DNA from: Fimicolochytrium jonesii | Lineage: Eukaryota | Direction: 5' to 3' | NCBI RefSeq assembly: GCF_025526975.1 | Contig: NW_026515669.1 | Coordinates: forward strand, 1,178,001 to 1,242,000 | Length of the DNA: 64,000 nt | Shown: piece by piece, positions 12,081 to 25,057 of the stretch | Position numbering within the stretch: position 1 is the stretch's first letter | Layout of the letters: every line of letters starts with the position of its first letter | Position numbers and translations under genes: made by a program | Notes under the pieces: generated by a model | What the model was told of the DNA's origin: nothing | Databases searched by the model: none | What the model saw: only the letters and a program-made list of their open reading frames with translations

Positions 12081-12506
12081 TGTGGTCGTTTGGTATGATA
12101 GGGCGGGAGACGTAATGTCTGTTTTGGCCGGGAGTGTGTTGCGTCGTGGAAGTTTACTAATTAGAGGCCGAGTTGAGAGTTGAAATTGTCGAATACGCCT
12201 GGCCAACGCGCATCTCGTTGCTATCCGCACACCTTCGTTCATGCAATGACAACAGGAATACGGTAGAAGACGACGAGAGCGTGCAAGGACAGTGCACTAT
12301 ATAACTTAAACGAGCCACTCCATTGATTCTGCTATTACTGTACTTTGTGTCTTGCAGGAAACATACGCCGGCAGTCGTTGTTCATATTAAGAGGAACTAA
12401 AGCTCCTAACAAAACTACAACGAGTACACCCCTCCGTAGCGCTACACGGTATATATATGTTCTACTCTAAAAGGTATATCTATCGTCCGGTTCAGAATAT
12501 CATTCT

Positions 12507-13636
12507 TCACAAAGTCTCGGCCTTCTTGAACGCCTCAGCGACCTCATCCGCAGTCAAGGGCTTCAGCTTGTCGCGCTCGCCGAGAGGTCCAACGCCCGTG
12601 CAAATCTCCTTGAAGCCCGTTTCGAGGTAGATTCCCTTAGCGCGCAGGTTGTCCGCATCGACCGTCAACGTCATCTGGTCAAGCTGGGTGGTTTCCTCCT
12701 CAGCGAACCACTTGCGGATAGTAGCAAGGAGCAACCGTCCGAGCCCTTTGCCGCGCTCGGCCTCTTCGATGCCGAGGAAGGCGATGTAGCAGGTGGGCAT
12801 GTCGCCTTGACCTCTGACGCACGCGTACCCAACCAGCGCCGATGCTGGGGGTGGTGTTGTGGCGTCGGAGTCGGGGGTTTTCCTGTACACGCCAAAGTTC
12901 CAGATCACGGAGTCCTCTTTGAACTCGTGCAGAGGGTCTTTGAAGGTTTTGCCATGCAGGGCGCGTACGGCAGCGAGATCGTCCTTCTCATCGATCTTTA
13001 TCTGGCGGACGAGGAAAGACTCTGCGGCGGCGGCGGCGGACGGAGATAGGGCTGGGCAGGGGACACCGCGCACGTCCTTGGCGTCCATTTGCATGCCAAA
13101 AGACATCTTGTCTGCAGGGGTGAAGCCCATGACCTTTAGAGCCTCGAGGACGTCTTGACTACGCATGTCGTAGTAGGTCCTGATGATGTTCATGACGGGA
13201 AGAGCCGCAACGGCCTGGTCAAAGGTCCATCGGCGGATCACGTTGTTGGGGTCCGCGACGTCGTATGAGACCCATGGTCCGTGAATCCAGCCTGTAGCAC
13301 TCGCTTCGTTCACTTCGAACCCGACGACGGACAGGAGTTTGCCGCTATTTGTGCTCCTGGCTCCAAACCTATGTGGAAAGAACCGTTCAGTCCATGATGT
13401 ACGACTTGAAGAGCCACTTTCTTCATCAAGCATTGTAATGGTACTCACCAGGTCTTGAAAGGATCAACTTCATATTGCACAAGGTCGTTCTTGATTCCCA
13501 CGGCTGTCTCATCGACGTGCAAGCAGTACTGAGTCTTGCGGTCACTATTGCACTGGGCGGCGAATTCCAGAAACTCGTCGTAAGTCGCAGGTGTGCAGGT
13601 CTCGAAAACGAGGCTGGCGGGGGCTGGAACGGTCAT
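12507..13636 (-). CDS. Tandem-GNAT N-acetyltransferase; 2 exons
   Basis: Exon 1 (MTVPAP...FKTW) splices via GTGAGT...CATAG into ORF 12507-13448. The C-terminal GNAT motif is YIAFLGIEEAERGKGLGRLLL...LTVDADNLRAKGIYLETGF. The N-terminal half looks like a degenerate GNAT (VVGFEVNEASATGWIHGPWV...LKVMGF). Confidence 0.85.
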
Positions 13637-14721
13637 GATTTGTTGATTTGTTGGAAGAATGATTGGGAAGGAAGATGGGACTGGTATGTGGGAAAAGGGA
13701 GGCAGTAAGTGGACAGCTGGCCCTTTTTATATGGTCGGCGGTTGGAAGGGAGAAGGGCTAGCTACATACGTACATACATACAGTACAGTACAGTACGGTG
13801 CAGCGACGGACAGTCCAGCGGCGGAGTTTTCTACCACAGGTTGACCATTTTCCATGATGGAAAGTCACCCTGTCCACAGGCGTGCCGCTCGTCCTGCCTG
13901 TTGTTTGCGCGTCCCCAATTTCCCAACGGTGTTCGTCCACAACTGCCCGCGGTGGGTTGCCCCAGGGCCCACTTCGGCTTCTCCACATGGGTAGCGGGAG
14001 CAGTTGTTCACCGGACGTCCTCCCAGTCGTCGTTGTGTGTGGGCTAGCAGGAGCACCAGCGGTTCCTTCAGCCTCCTACAGCGGTGCAGGATAGCCATTT
14101 CCCCCCGTTTTCTGCCCGTCCACAGCAAACTCATCACCCTCCGGAGTATCTGCAGTGCTAGGGTTTGGAGACCCCATTTCCTGGACGATTTTCCGGTTCG
14201 AGGGCAAGCTGCGGTTTAGTCACTGTTGCACGCCCCTACCGCTCATATACTCCCTCGTCTTCTCGGAGTCTCGGTGATAAATGTCAGTGCTATCTGGGGC
14301 ATACGGAGGTGGATACATACCCTAAAGCTCCTGAGTTCAATGGACAGCGATCCTTCACTGGGTACAGGCTTGCGCGTAGAACAACGGCTGCTAATATCGG
14401 GTCCTTCCTGTCTTGCGTGCGCGGCAACCGAACCCTAATGTTTCGCGCTGCAGTTCTCTCAGATTTCCGCAATTTGTTGGCTGGTGATGGTCGCATCTAT
14501 CTTGCTAGCCAGAACATCTTGATGAGGCTAAGCAAAAGCGGATGGCAATCTAACTTGGATGATGATTTTGAGAGATGCACGATAAGCTAAACCTGAGGAT
14601 TAGCACTGCGAACACCGGGGGTTACGAGTCTCGGGCCATTATGTGCTTTTGAAACAGAGAAGCATTTGCAACGTCACAATCACATAAGTCCCACAAGTCG
14701 TCAAGACGCTGGAAGATCGAC

Positions 14722-14759
14722 TCGTATATGTTGCGACACATCGTGTATGTTGCGACACA
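14722..14759. repeat. 19-bp tandem duplication TCGTRTATGTTGCGACACA x2 (intergenic)
   Basis: Copies at 14722-14740 and 14741-14759 differ at one base. Confidence 0.85.
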
Positions 14760-15150
14760 GAGCAGCTAAGCTTCGGGATACGCTTGCAGGATACCAGTCC
14801 TCTCGCCTCTCAAGCATCGCAGAACCTCTTGTATACAAGCATATTCCGCCAGACGTCCATGGCCCAACTCTCGAACTGTGAAATGCGTGTTGTAGATATC
14901 GAGTAGATAGCTATTGCAACATAAGACCTATTTACAGATAGAGATGCCAGCAGTCGAACTGCCCACCCAATGCCCGTCCCGTATCAACTAGCAAGCTGTC
15001 TCGGCCATTATCGAATGAAGTATGGCCTCGTGGTGAACGATTGGACATGACCTATCGCCGGTTGTCGTATAGTTGAGAGCTTTCCAGCATCCGTCCCGCC
15101 TCCAGTAACCTCCCTTCTACATAGCTCAGCTGTTTTCGACATCGTTGCCC

Positions 15151-15943
15151 TCAGATGGGCTTGATTTTGAAGTGGAGCGAAATCAGCGAGAACACTAAGC
15201 ACTTCAGATCTTGGATCAGGTAGTAAAACACTCGTAGTCCCTCGGGGTCTTTGCTTTCCTGCACGTCAATCAATGATCCGATCTTTGCTGTCTGTTGGTC
15301 GGGATATAATGATCCTGAATGAGCCCCGTGTACATTGCGAGGGAAGGAATCACCACGAAGGACGCACCGTGAACGAAATGTGCTCGTTGCCCATCACAAT
15401 TTCCAGCTCCTGTCGTCCAACGCGATCTGGCTGATGCCATAGCTTATCGTCTTCCCTGTTTGAGGCAGATTTGTCAGACTCAACCGTCCATCGAACCCTA
15501 GCCCTCCAATAACGTCCGCAAGCTCCCCAAGCATGAAAGCAGCTTCTCCATACTTCAAAATCTCGCTATCCGCAACAATCCTCTTCAGCTCCGTAAGTAA
15601 GGACGGGCTCACAAACACCTCCTTCCTGATAAGAGTGTCATTTTTGTAATTCGAAGAGTTCGCATATCGGAGCTTTCCGTCCGGCCGGAACTCGAATTCG
15701 AGGAACTCGTGACCGAATTTGCCGACGTGTCCGACGCTGTAGTGGGAAAGATGCGGCGTTAGAACGAGCTAGATGGTGGAACCACTGATCTCCGGTTTCT
15801 TTCAAATCGACGGGTGGATGGTGGAATGTGCGCTAAAGAGTCCTAGCAGACTCTCCGGCATCCAAACCCGAGCGAGCATCGTCTACTGGCCCTACTTACT
15901 AATATCGTACGTAGATTTCTTCTGTTCCTGTAGCTGTAGCCAT
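15151..15943 (-). CDS. MAGO: Mago nashi, exon junction complex core subunit; 4 exons
   Basis: Spliced product: [44 protein letters not shown]...[28 protein letters not shown]...[32 protein letters not shown]. Confidence 0.97.
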
Positions 15944-16284
15944 GTTTACTGGTTTGCCGTAAGTTTGGCTGCACGCTGTTTCGAACTCTGCGAATACAGG
16001 CCAGGCGGACTTGGTTATCTATCCGATGTGACGAACCGTTAGGCAAGCGCGCGCCACGTCTGCGCCACCTTCCGGACAAGTCCCCCTTCTGGACATCCGT
16101 TTCACGTCACCGACAACTTCAGTTCGCACTCCATCTTGATCACCGAAAGAACAATCACAACTAACTCGACTACTCCAGATCTTCAGCTGGTGGGTTTCTT
16201 CAGAGTACAGAACCTACGTTGCTCGAATCCTTTTCGTACTCATATAGCAAATCCCCCCAGCCACCTTGAAATCACACTTCCAAA

Positions 16285-17239
16285 ATGCTCAGAATCACCC
16301 GTTTGTCCACCGCTGCCCTGCGCCTTTCCACCAGGCGAGCGTCCAGCGTTCGCTTTCTCGCCGTGAGTTTCTGTCTCACCAGTCACTCTTTGGATGAGAC
16401 TTTCCCTCAAATACTCACCGCAGTCTCTCGCAAAGACCCAAGCACCCTCGACCAACAGCACCAGCAAACCTGCCGCTTTCCCTGCTGCGACAGCTTTTGC
16501 CAACGAGACGAAGCCCAGCAAGGGTGATCTGGAGTTCAATCTGACTTCGTCCCACAAGGGGCTTGCTCAGGAGCCGTTCCCCAAGGAGGTGGCCGAGATT
16601 TTGCTCGCTCCTCTCCCTAACGCTGACATCGAGGTCAAGCCCGGTCCGTGCGAGATAACTCTTTAAGCAGAAATGAAAACCGATTGGTCGCGTGCATCCT
16701 GACTTGATCTCCCTTCAGATGGCATGATTTACCTGCCAGAGATTAAGTACCGCCGTATCCTGAACCGCGCATTTGGTCCCGGAGCTTGGGGGCTCATCCC
16801 TCGTGGCGATCACACCGTCACGAACAGGACCATCTCGAGGGAGTACGCCCTCTTCTGCAACGGCCGGTTCGTCGCTCAAGCTCGTGGGGAAAACGACTTC
16901 TTCTCTGAAGAAGGACTTGCCACCGCGTCGGAGGGAGTCAAATCCAATGCGTTGATGCGCTGCTGCAAAGATTTGGGTATCGGTGAGTTACCTCGTCCGC
17001 TTCTCTGTAGTTTGCTTCTCGCACTCGGTCTTATTCAATTTATTTTGCTTTCAGCTTCTGAGCTCTGGGACCCCGTATTCATTGAGGAATTCAAGAGAAA
17101 CCACGCTGTACACGTCATGACGTCGAACGCCACTAGCCAAGCCAGGAAAATGCTCTGGCGCAGGAAGGATCGCAAATTCGCATACCCTGTCAAGGAAGAG
17201 ACCGCGTCAAGTGGATCGTACACCAGGAAGAGCGCCTAA
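16285..17239 (+). CDS. MGM101: Mitochondrial genome maintenance protein Mgm101 (Rad52-like); 4 exons
   Basis: Arg-rich presequence [21 protein letters not shown]; core [32 protein letters not shown]...[28 protein letters not shown]. Confidence 0.95.
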
Positions 17240-17513
17240 ACGTGACAAGGAATCTTGGCGTTGTGCCTTCTTTATCTGGGGTCGTTCTTTGCAGGCGTAG
17301 TTGGCCGCAATCTCTTTTTTATGTATATATTTGGATGTCCCGAAACGGAAAGAGCAGGCCGGCGAATGTATGTAATTTGTATATAGCGCAGAACAGCATG
17401 TAGTTTTCCTGACGAGTGTCGCACACTTGGCAAGACCAACATGTAGCAGGCGGAACTGGATGGTTTACTTTCTTTCTCAATCGTCGTATATTCCATATAT
17501 ATTGGAAGCCGCT

Positions 17514-18597
17514 CTACTTTACATCGAACTCCCGAACCTTGGACGTCATCAATAATCCAATGATGAGGCCAAAGAGCCCAATAATCGACCCGAAAATCTC
17601 GATAATCAGAACCTTGACGAACAAGACTGGGTCGGCGGCATCTGCTATTGCGCAAGTGGATCCCGTGATGCCGACCGATATGCCGCAGAAAAGGTTCGCA
17701 CATCCCACCGTCAAGCCACCCCAAAATAAAGCGTATCCTGTCATCAAAGTCCGGTTAGGATGCGAGGAAATGGGTAAACCCACATCAACGGAAGTTCTGC
17801 CACACCTGAATAATAAGCAGATTTAGGCCATGTTGCACCATCCGCTAATTCTGCATCGTTCAGTTTCGACGAGAAGACGATGGCGATAATGAGACCGTAG
17901 ATGGCGACGACTTCACAAAAGATGATACTGCGGTGCGCAATAGAGTCAATGTTCCCAGCTTTGACTTGTGCTGTGCAAATGACGAGAGACTTTACCTGAT
18001 AAGGTTCTTGGTCCTGATACGAGGAACTCGCACAGCGGCACCCAAAAGACTTGAACCAGTGGCATAAATTCCCCTGTTGCGAAAATGTCTTGAGTATGTT
18101 GGGCTTTGCCACGCAGAGTAGAAAATTTTCCCAGTGCCTCACCATGCAGCACCAATAACGCTCAACCCGACCGTCAGACTAGTTCCCAGCAACGCCCACA
18201 TGTACGGCGAAGTCTCCGTCAAAAACTTCCCCACGTTGAACTGCTCCCCGTTCCCACTGAACAGCAAGTTCAAAAACACGATTGTGCCAAAGATGGTGGC
18301 GCCGTAGGCGATGTAAGCCTGTTTCGAGTAATAAAGCATCGTGACGTATTTGTTTTCCAATTTCGGTGGCGGCACGGCGTGAGGGTCTTCACTCTGCGAG
18401 GATGCGGCTACACGACGTTCGCCGTGATGGGTCCTAGCGTACGATGAGGAATAGGAGGGGATGTAGTCGGCGGTGGTACGCGAGCGAGGGGAACTGAAAG
18501 TGGATGTGGGCAGAAGCGGGTAGTCTTCTTCGTCTCCGGCGTCTTGAGCGCGGCCAAAGGGGTTGTTGCTTCCTGAACTCCGGCCTCGTCTCAACAT
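17514..18597 (-). CDS. VMA16: V-type ATPase proteolipid subunit c'' (Vma16/ATP6V0B); alternative start at 18339
   Basis: [66 protein letters not shown]...[36 protein letters not shown] introns. Confidence 0.95.
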
Positions 18598-18966
18598 GTG
18601 CCGACGGGGCGTGGGTGCGGAAATGTTGAGGAACCCTCTCCGCGAGCAGTTTATACCGTTGCTTACTCAAAGACGTCCCAGGGGAGGCATGCAGGCTTCA
18701 CGATGACTTTGACTTGAAGCTTGACCTCTTGACTTGCGCTTTGGACGCCAATAGCGGTTACGTGTCAGACGGGTTTTTTCTGCGTTTCAATCTCCATTCC
18801 AACTGTCATCTTGCGACGTCATATGAAGACATTGATACAATAAGAAGGAAGGGGTTTGTACTTTAGAGCCCAGCATGGCACTTCAATAGGGACCCTTCGT
18901 TTCCCGGTCTCAACCATATTTCAGGTACTCGCTCGAGAGCGTTGAATTCAAAACCGACGCGCAAGC

Positions 18967-20683
18967 ATGCCCGAACCATCTCTCGAATCCTTCTCCCAAA
19001 ACTCCGCCGAAGTCGTCTACTGCCTCCTCGGCGCCCTCGCCCTCCAATCATGCTCCATCGCCATCCTCCGTCGATACCAGTACAACCGCGGCTGGTTACG
19101 GCTCCATGACGGGCGGTTCGTCGATATCCGCCAGCCGCGCGCGCGTCGACGGTCGAGTGTGGGGAGACGGGGCAGTACGTGGGGGCGAGACAGTGTACCG
19201 GGCACGCCGCCGAGCTTGACGAGGAGGAGGAGTATAGGTGGGGCTAACGGGAGCCCGTCACCCCGGAACCTGAGACGGCGGAGACGGAATAGTGTTGGGC
19301 CGGGAGGGAGTGGGTTGGGAGAGGTGGCGACCTATACGTCGGATGAGTCGGATGTGGACGATGATGAGATGTCGCAGCAGCCTGTTGTCGCGTTTTTGCT
19401 TTGCTCGATGGGATTGGCGTCGGCTTTGTCGGCGTTGTCTCTTCTTCCGATCACTGTAGCGTTCGTGAGGATGATGCCGCGGTCCCTGCTTGAGAGGTGA
19501 GTAAGCGCAAAATGTGGTTGTTGTAAAATAGCTGCGACCTGACGTCTCCTGCTCTTGCAGGTTCTGGAACTATTCATTCACGGCGTGCTCCATCTCCCTC
19601 TACGGCATCATGCCATACTGCTACCTCCTCCTCGAAGCCAATGGCCGAACCTGGTTCGCCCGGACGAAAGAATCCCTGCAAACCGCCGTCCTATTCTGGC
19701 TGCTAGGCGTCGGCTTCATCTACAGCACCACCCGAATCCTCGGCGTACAGGCGTTCATGGAGTCGCATCCGTACATGTCGGCTCTCAACATCCTCGTCAG
19801 CTTACCGTGCGGACTGGTGTGCGGATTTGCTACCCCGTACGGGGTATCCGAGATCTTTGGCATGACGAGCGCATACGCACTTCCCCTCAACCATCGGACA
19901 CAGATAGCGAGTCAGATTACCGAATTGGAGTTTGAGATCATGGCCCTCGAGAACCAGCTTCACACCTCATCTTCATCTACGACAACCAACAACACCACGA
20001 GAAGAAAGTCTTCCATCTTCCCATCATCAACCCGCTCGCGCTCCTCATCACCAGCCCCGCGCAACAGCATCACCTCACCAGACGACCGCGCCCTCCGCAC
20101 TCAAATCAAATCCCTAACCACCAAAATCGCCCTCCTCCGCAAAACCCAGGAGCTCAACCCTTTCATCCGCCTCCTCCTAGTCGGACTCTCCTACGGCATC
20201 TACATCACATGTTTCCTGTCAGTCATGCTCCGGATCCTGCTCAGTCTCGCAAACAACGTCCTGACCTCATCCAGTATCCGGCTATGGGGGTTCTCCACCG
20301 TAGATGTCAACGTGGTGGGTGAACCGCCACCGCTGTGGTGGGTATTGACCGAATTCCTCGGTTCGGCGTTCTTTACTGTCGCTACGGTGGTTGGGTTCTA
20401 CGCGCTCGTTCCGCAGATCAAGTTGCGTCCGTATCGGACTACCGCGCGGCATTTGATTGCTAATGTCATGTTGTTGCTTGTTGTGGCGATAGCGCTGCCG
20501 CTTATTTGTAGGGCGTTGGGAGTTGCGGACACTGCTTTTGGGCCGTATGCGGAGGTGCCGTTGTTCAGTCAGCGGCCTTGGGCGATGGCGACTTACAAAG
20601 TAGTGATGCTTTGGCTTTTAGGGCTGCCGCGAACGCATGGGCGGTTACAGGCTGGAGCTAGGGGCCTTACACCTTCATCTTGA
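18967..20683 (+). CDS. LMBR1-like multi-pass membrane protein; 2 exons
   Basis: Several hydrophobic segments with an LMBR1-like pattern (ALSALSLLPITV; MPYCYLLLEANG..R..E; LLLVVAIALPLICRALG), a central coiled-coil loop, and an intron at ~19498-19560. Confidence 0.7.
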
Positions 20684-20815
20684 GTGGGGACGCCTCATCG
20701 GGTGGACGTATTGTATCATTTCTATGTATATCGGAATTCTGTAAAGCACGAAAAAACTAGGCCTACGCTACATCGCTGGGCACAGTTTCCACTGTGTAGT
20801 TCGCCTGCATATACT

Positions 20816-22202
20816 CTATGGCTTAGTCTGATTTGGCTGAGCAATGAAGGATAATATCTGTTCTGCGAACCAAGCGCTGTCTGCCGGATTGTTCACGCGC
20901 TCCTGTACTGCTTTCGCGACATCCTCGGAAAAGACGTTGGCGGCTTTCCTTGCTCTGAGAATGATCATTCATGTCAGTACCCTCAGTGCATAGTGTGCCG
21001 CCGGTCCATTACCTACTTGACGATTTCCATGACAACGCCGGGAACGAACTGAAAAGGACAAGTAAGTTGGCTCGGAGTCCTCCCATGGTGATATAACGCC
21101 CTTCATCCTCTCACCTCCGGATGCCCCTGCACGGTCAAGATCCGACCGTCCCGCCCAATCATCGCGTGCACAGGACACTTCTCGGTATATGCAAGGATCT
21201 CGAAGCCCGGTGGGACGGTGGCGACATGGTCTTGATGCATTTGTTGCAGTTTCTGATGTCGAGTTGTACGTGGAAGGTTGAGATACTCCACTATGGGACA
21301 TCTTGCGCCGACCGCTTTCTTACCACGATCGTCTTGTCCGTGCCGAAGAGCTTCATCCCTCGCTCATTGAGCGACATCTCCGTCCACCCGACCTCCCAGC
21401 CCTTCGGATTCTTCACAACTGCGAAAACATGAACGGCACGCTGAGGATTGACTGCCCATCAAAACCATCTCAGGCGGGGCCACGCCTTCTTACCGCTTCC
21501 ATCCAACGCCTGAGCTATGATCTGATGTCCGAAACATATCCCAACCAGCTTCGCGTCAGTTTTTTCACATATCTCAACCACGTAATCGCCTAAGCGTTTG
21601 ATCCATGGGATAGTGTCCTTCTCATAGGCCGAGAACTCTGAAAGAGGGAGGAAGGAACAGCATCATTATCGGATTCTGGATGTGCGAAATAGGGCTTTGG
21701 TGGTGCAACGGGTTAGCCTTACTCGACCCGGTGAGAACGTAGGCATCGAAATCGGTGACATTTTCGGGATATTGTTCCAATGTCACATCGAAAGACGTCA
21801 ATATAAAATCGATGGGTATTCTCATTTTTAAAGAGGTATGTGCCTAATAATCGGATACGGGTTAAAGCAGCGACATTGTCTTCGGCAGCTTCAAGAAGGT
21901 ACTGACCTTCCTGAACAGCTCCTCAAAGAGCTTGGCTGCAGAGGTGGGACACAGCGAGAAAACGAGGTTAGCAGAGCGAACTCCAACGAGCCGTGTGATT
22001 CATCTTGCAGATGTACGTACGATAGTCCCCATAGTTCTCACATACGACTGCAAAGCGAGTGAGAGAATGGGAAATGAGCAAACGGTGACTGAACGTCATG
22101 ACATCACGCCTGAGTTGCATCGAGCCATTGAGCCGCCCGCTGTCCTATCATACCTGGCAACGGCGTGTCGCAAACGAGCAGGGCAATCCTCAGCTGCTTC
22201 AT
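20816..22202 (-). CDS. Class I glutamine amidotransferase-like protein (GATase1, YLR126C-like); multi-exon
   Basis: MKQLRIALLVCDTP, FDAYVLTGS, nucleophile elbow LVGICFGHQIIAQAL, GWEVG, MHQDHV and ILTVQGHPEF (Cys-His-Glu triad). It ends ...FIAQPNQTKP* at 20816. Confidence 0.9.
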
Positions 22203-22655
22203 TCTTCCCGGCGACCGTAGGGTTCTGAATGCAACTGTCCACGTCGGACTTCGACGGAGGAGTTTGAAAGAGCCAGCGTCACGCAGGGCGAGCAAGAGGA
22301 GCAAGACGCGTTACGGCTGGGGCTTCTTCCCACGGCGACGCTGCCCATTCCCACCCAATTGACAACACCGAACAGGACAAACCATACCCATCTTCATCCT
22401 GGCATCTTGCTCTGTTCTCCCGAGAGTACCTAGCTGAGGCGACGAAGCGAGAAGGACGCGTTTTCAGACCATCTGCGACGTGTCATTTGCAACACTGCCT
22501 GTCGCGTAGCGCTTTAGAACGGTGCGTTGGTGCAGACCTGCTTTTTGCGTTCGCCATTTCCAGTTTGCTAAACTTCAAACAGCAGTGCTCCCACAAATAC
22601 CGGTAGTCGGCTTTGGAGACCCTCGGCCAGTCAGGTCATATCCACACTTCCAGCA

Positions 22656-24678
22656 ATGCTCTCCGGCGGCTCGCCAGAAAGTCTGCCGGGCAGCTACCCT
22701 CGGTCGTCGTCAAAATCCTATGGCCCGCCCACCACCAACATGCCGTCAGGATATGCAGGGGGATTAGGGAAGCCCGGGACCCTCGGTGGTGGCATAACGA
22801 TAGGGCCAGGGCAAGATACATTTGTGGGTGGGGTGGGACCGGGAGGGAGAAACACCGAAAAGGGCGTCGCGAACGTCTTGTTCAATATCAGCAAGAAGGA
22901 GACGATGACGCCGAGTAATGGGTTCAAGACGATGCAGAGAAGATTGCGCAATGGATTCAAGCTGGGACTGTGAGTTTGTTGTGCTGGTCGGATTGGGTCC
23001 ATATGAAAGATGCAGGGTCTAATCTGTTATCAATGATATTAGCTTCAAGGAGGAGATGAGCGCCGCAAAGCTTGCGGATACGGATCTTCTAGTTTTTGGA
23101 GGGCCGAAAGAAAAGTTCACTACTGCAGAGGTATGTGAGGGTCCGTCACCAAATCGCTCGAAGCGCATATCGATTGACCCGTCTTCCAGTTCGCAGCGCT
23201 GAAAGCATATATGGACAATGGAGGTTCGATATTGTACTTAACGGGAGAGGGAGGGGAGGCAGCCCTGGAAACGAATTTCAACTACCTGCTGGAGGAGTAC
23301 GGCATGATGGTCAATCCAGGTGCGCACAACTATGTGCCCCATGAATACGCATTAAGTTTTGCGCTTCGAACGCATTGGCTGACTCGGCGGCACGCCTCCC
23401 TCGGCAGATTCTGTAACGCGAACGGTGTACTACAAATATTACCACCCAAAAGAGGTCTATGTAGCGAACGGAGTGCTCAATCGCGAGATCAACCGAGCAG
23501 CGGGCAAGCGGGTGGGGGTGCTGGCAGAAGGGACAAACACCGTACCAGAAACTGGGAAGTTCAGTCCAAGGTGAGGTTACGTTCTTTGATCGAGTCATTG
23601 CCAACCTTGGGTCTGATTCAAGACGTCCAAAGCTCTTTGACATTCGTATATCCATTTGGCGCCACCCTCAACGTACAAAAACCGGCAATACCAATCTTAT
23701 CGTCCGGTACCGTATCGTACCCGCTCAACCGGCCCGTGGGTGCGGCCTACGTAAATCCCGTAAGTTACCCTCAGAGTTCCCTCTTCGCCGTCACCACAGT
23801 CACTCAATGAAAAGCACGAAACAGAATGGGTCCGGAAAACTGGTGGTCGTGGCGTCCACGCAGATGTTCTCCGACACGTACATCGACAAGGAGGAAAACG
23901 GGAAACTGCTCGATGTCCTGATACAATTCTGCACATCAGGTACGCCCGCTCTGAATGCTGAACACAAACCGATCAGGTTACTAACTGTTCGTGAAGATAA
24001 GATTGTCCTCAATAGTATAGACGCCAACGAACCCGACGTAAGTCCCCACCTTTCCTTTCCACCCCATCTCGTACACAATCCTCATTCCTCGTAAACATCT
24101 CAGATCTCCGACTACCACTACCTCCCCGACACCGCCGAACTATCAACAACGCTACGGTCCTGCCTGCAGGAAAGCGAAGAGCTGCCAAAAGATTTCACGG
24201 CGTTATTCGATATGCAGCTGTTTCAGTTTGACGCCAAACTCGTGCCTGCGGCTGTGGAGATGTATGAGCAGCTGGGGTTGAAGAAGGAGCCGTTGACGTT
24301 GATACAGCCTCAGGTGAGACGGATGGTTTCGGACTACCAGCAAGCGTCTCGAAGCGCAGCTAATCTAGATTTGCACCCACACAGTTCGAAACCCCCCTCC
24401 TCCCCCTCACCCCCGCCACCTTCCCGCCCATGCTCGTCGACCTCCCCGCACCCTCTTTGGACCTCTTCGACCTCGACGACGCCTTTGCAAGCGACCGCGT
24501 GCGTCTCGCGCAGCTGACCAACAAGTGCACCGACGAGGATCTGGAGTACTATGTGCGGGAGTGCGGGGCGATATTGGGGGTGAATGAGCGGTTGGAGGCG
24601 GACAAAAGGGATGCGAAGCATGTGTTGGAGTTTGTCTTTAGGAGTGTGGTTGGGTGGAAGAAGTTGAATCAGGAGTAG
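22656..24678 (+). CDS. IFT52: Intraflagellar transport protein 52; multi-exon
   Basis: VLFNISKKE, FGGPKEKFT, TNFNYLLEEYGMMVN, VYYKYYHPKEVYVANGVLNREI, FVYPFGATLNVQKPAIPILSSG..SYPLNRP, PLTLIQPQFETPL, LDLFDLDDAFASDRVRLAQLTNKCTDEDLEYYVRECG, WKKLNQE. Confidence 0.96.
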
Positions 24679-25057
24679 GAGGCTCACGTTTTTGGACGGC
24701 TGGGCTGGGTTCTCCGCCGATAGTTTTGGGGTCCGCACTTTTTTTGTCGATTTTTTGGGCAAAACCGTACGCCACGTTACGTTTACGAAGGATAATCCCC
24801 ATCCGTTTTGGTACCATGTTTCCGAAGCTCCATGGCTTGAAAATGTTACGCACCAGGACAGAGTCCGCAACGCTATGACAAAAATATCATAATTGAGAAA
24901 CGAATGTAGCCTAAAACCACCGATTAAATTACTATATTCCACTGCTAATCCATACGCCATCCGAATACAACCTTACCACGTCCATCCAGCAGACGGGTCC
25001 CCAAGCCCGTACGCCACTCAACGTAGAGTCTACGCCGTGCGTCATCTAGCCAAGCAC

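Noticed and set aside
13763..13797. TACA/TACAG microsatellite (and GGACA repeats at 1821-1840)
   Set aside because: Short simple repeats with no evidence of function.
14651..14670. ACAGAGA box suggesting U6 snRNA
   Set aside because: The flanks lack the conserved AGAUUAGCAUGG and other U6 elements.
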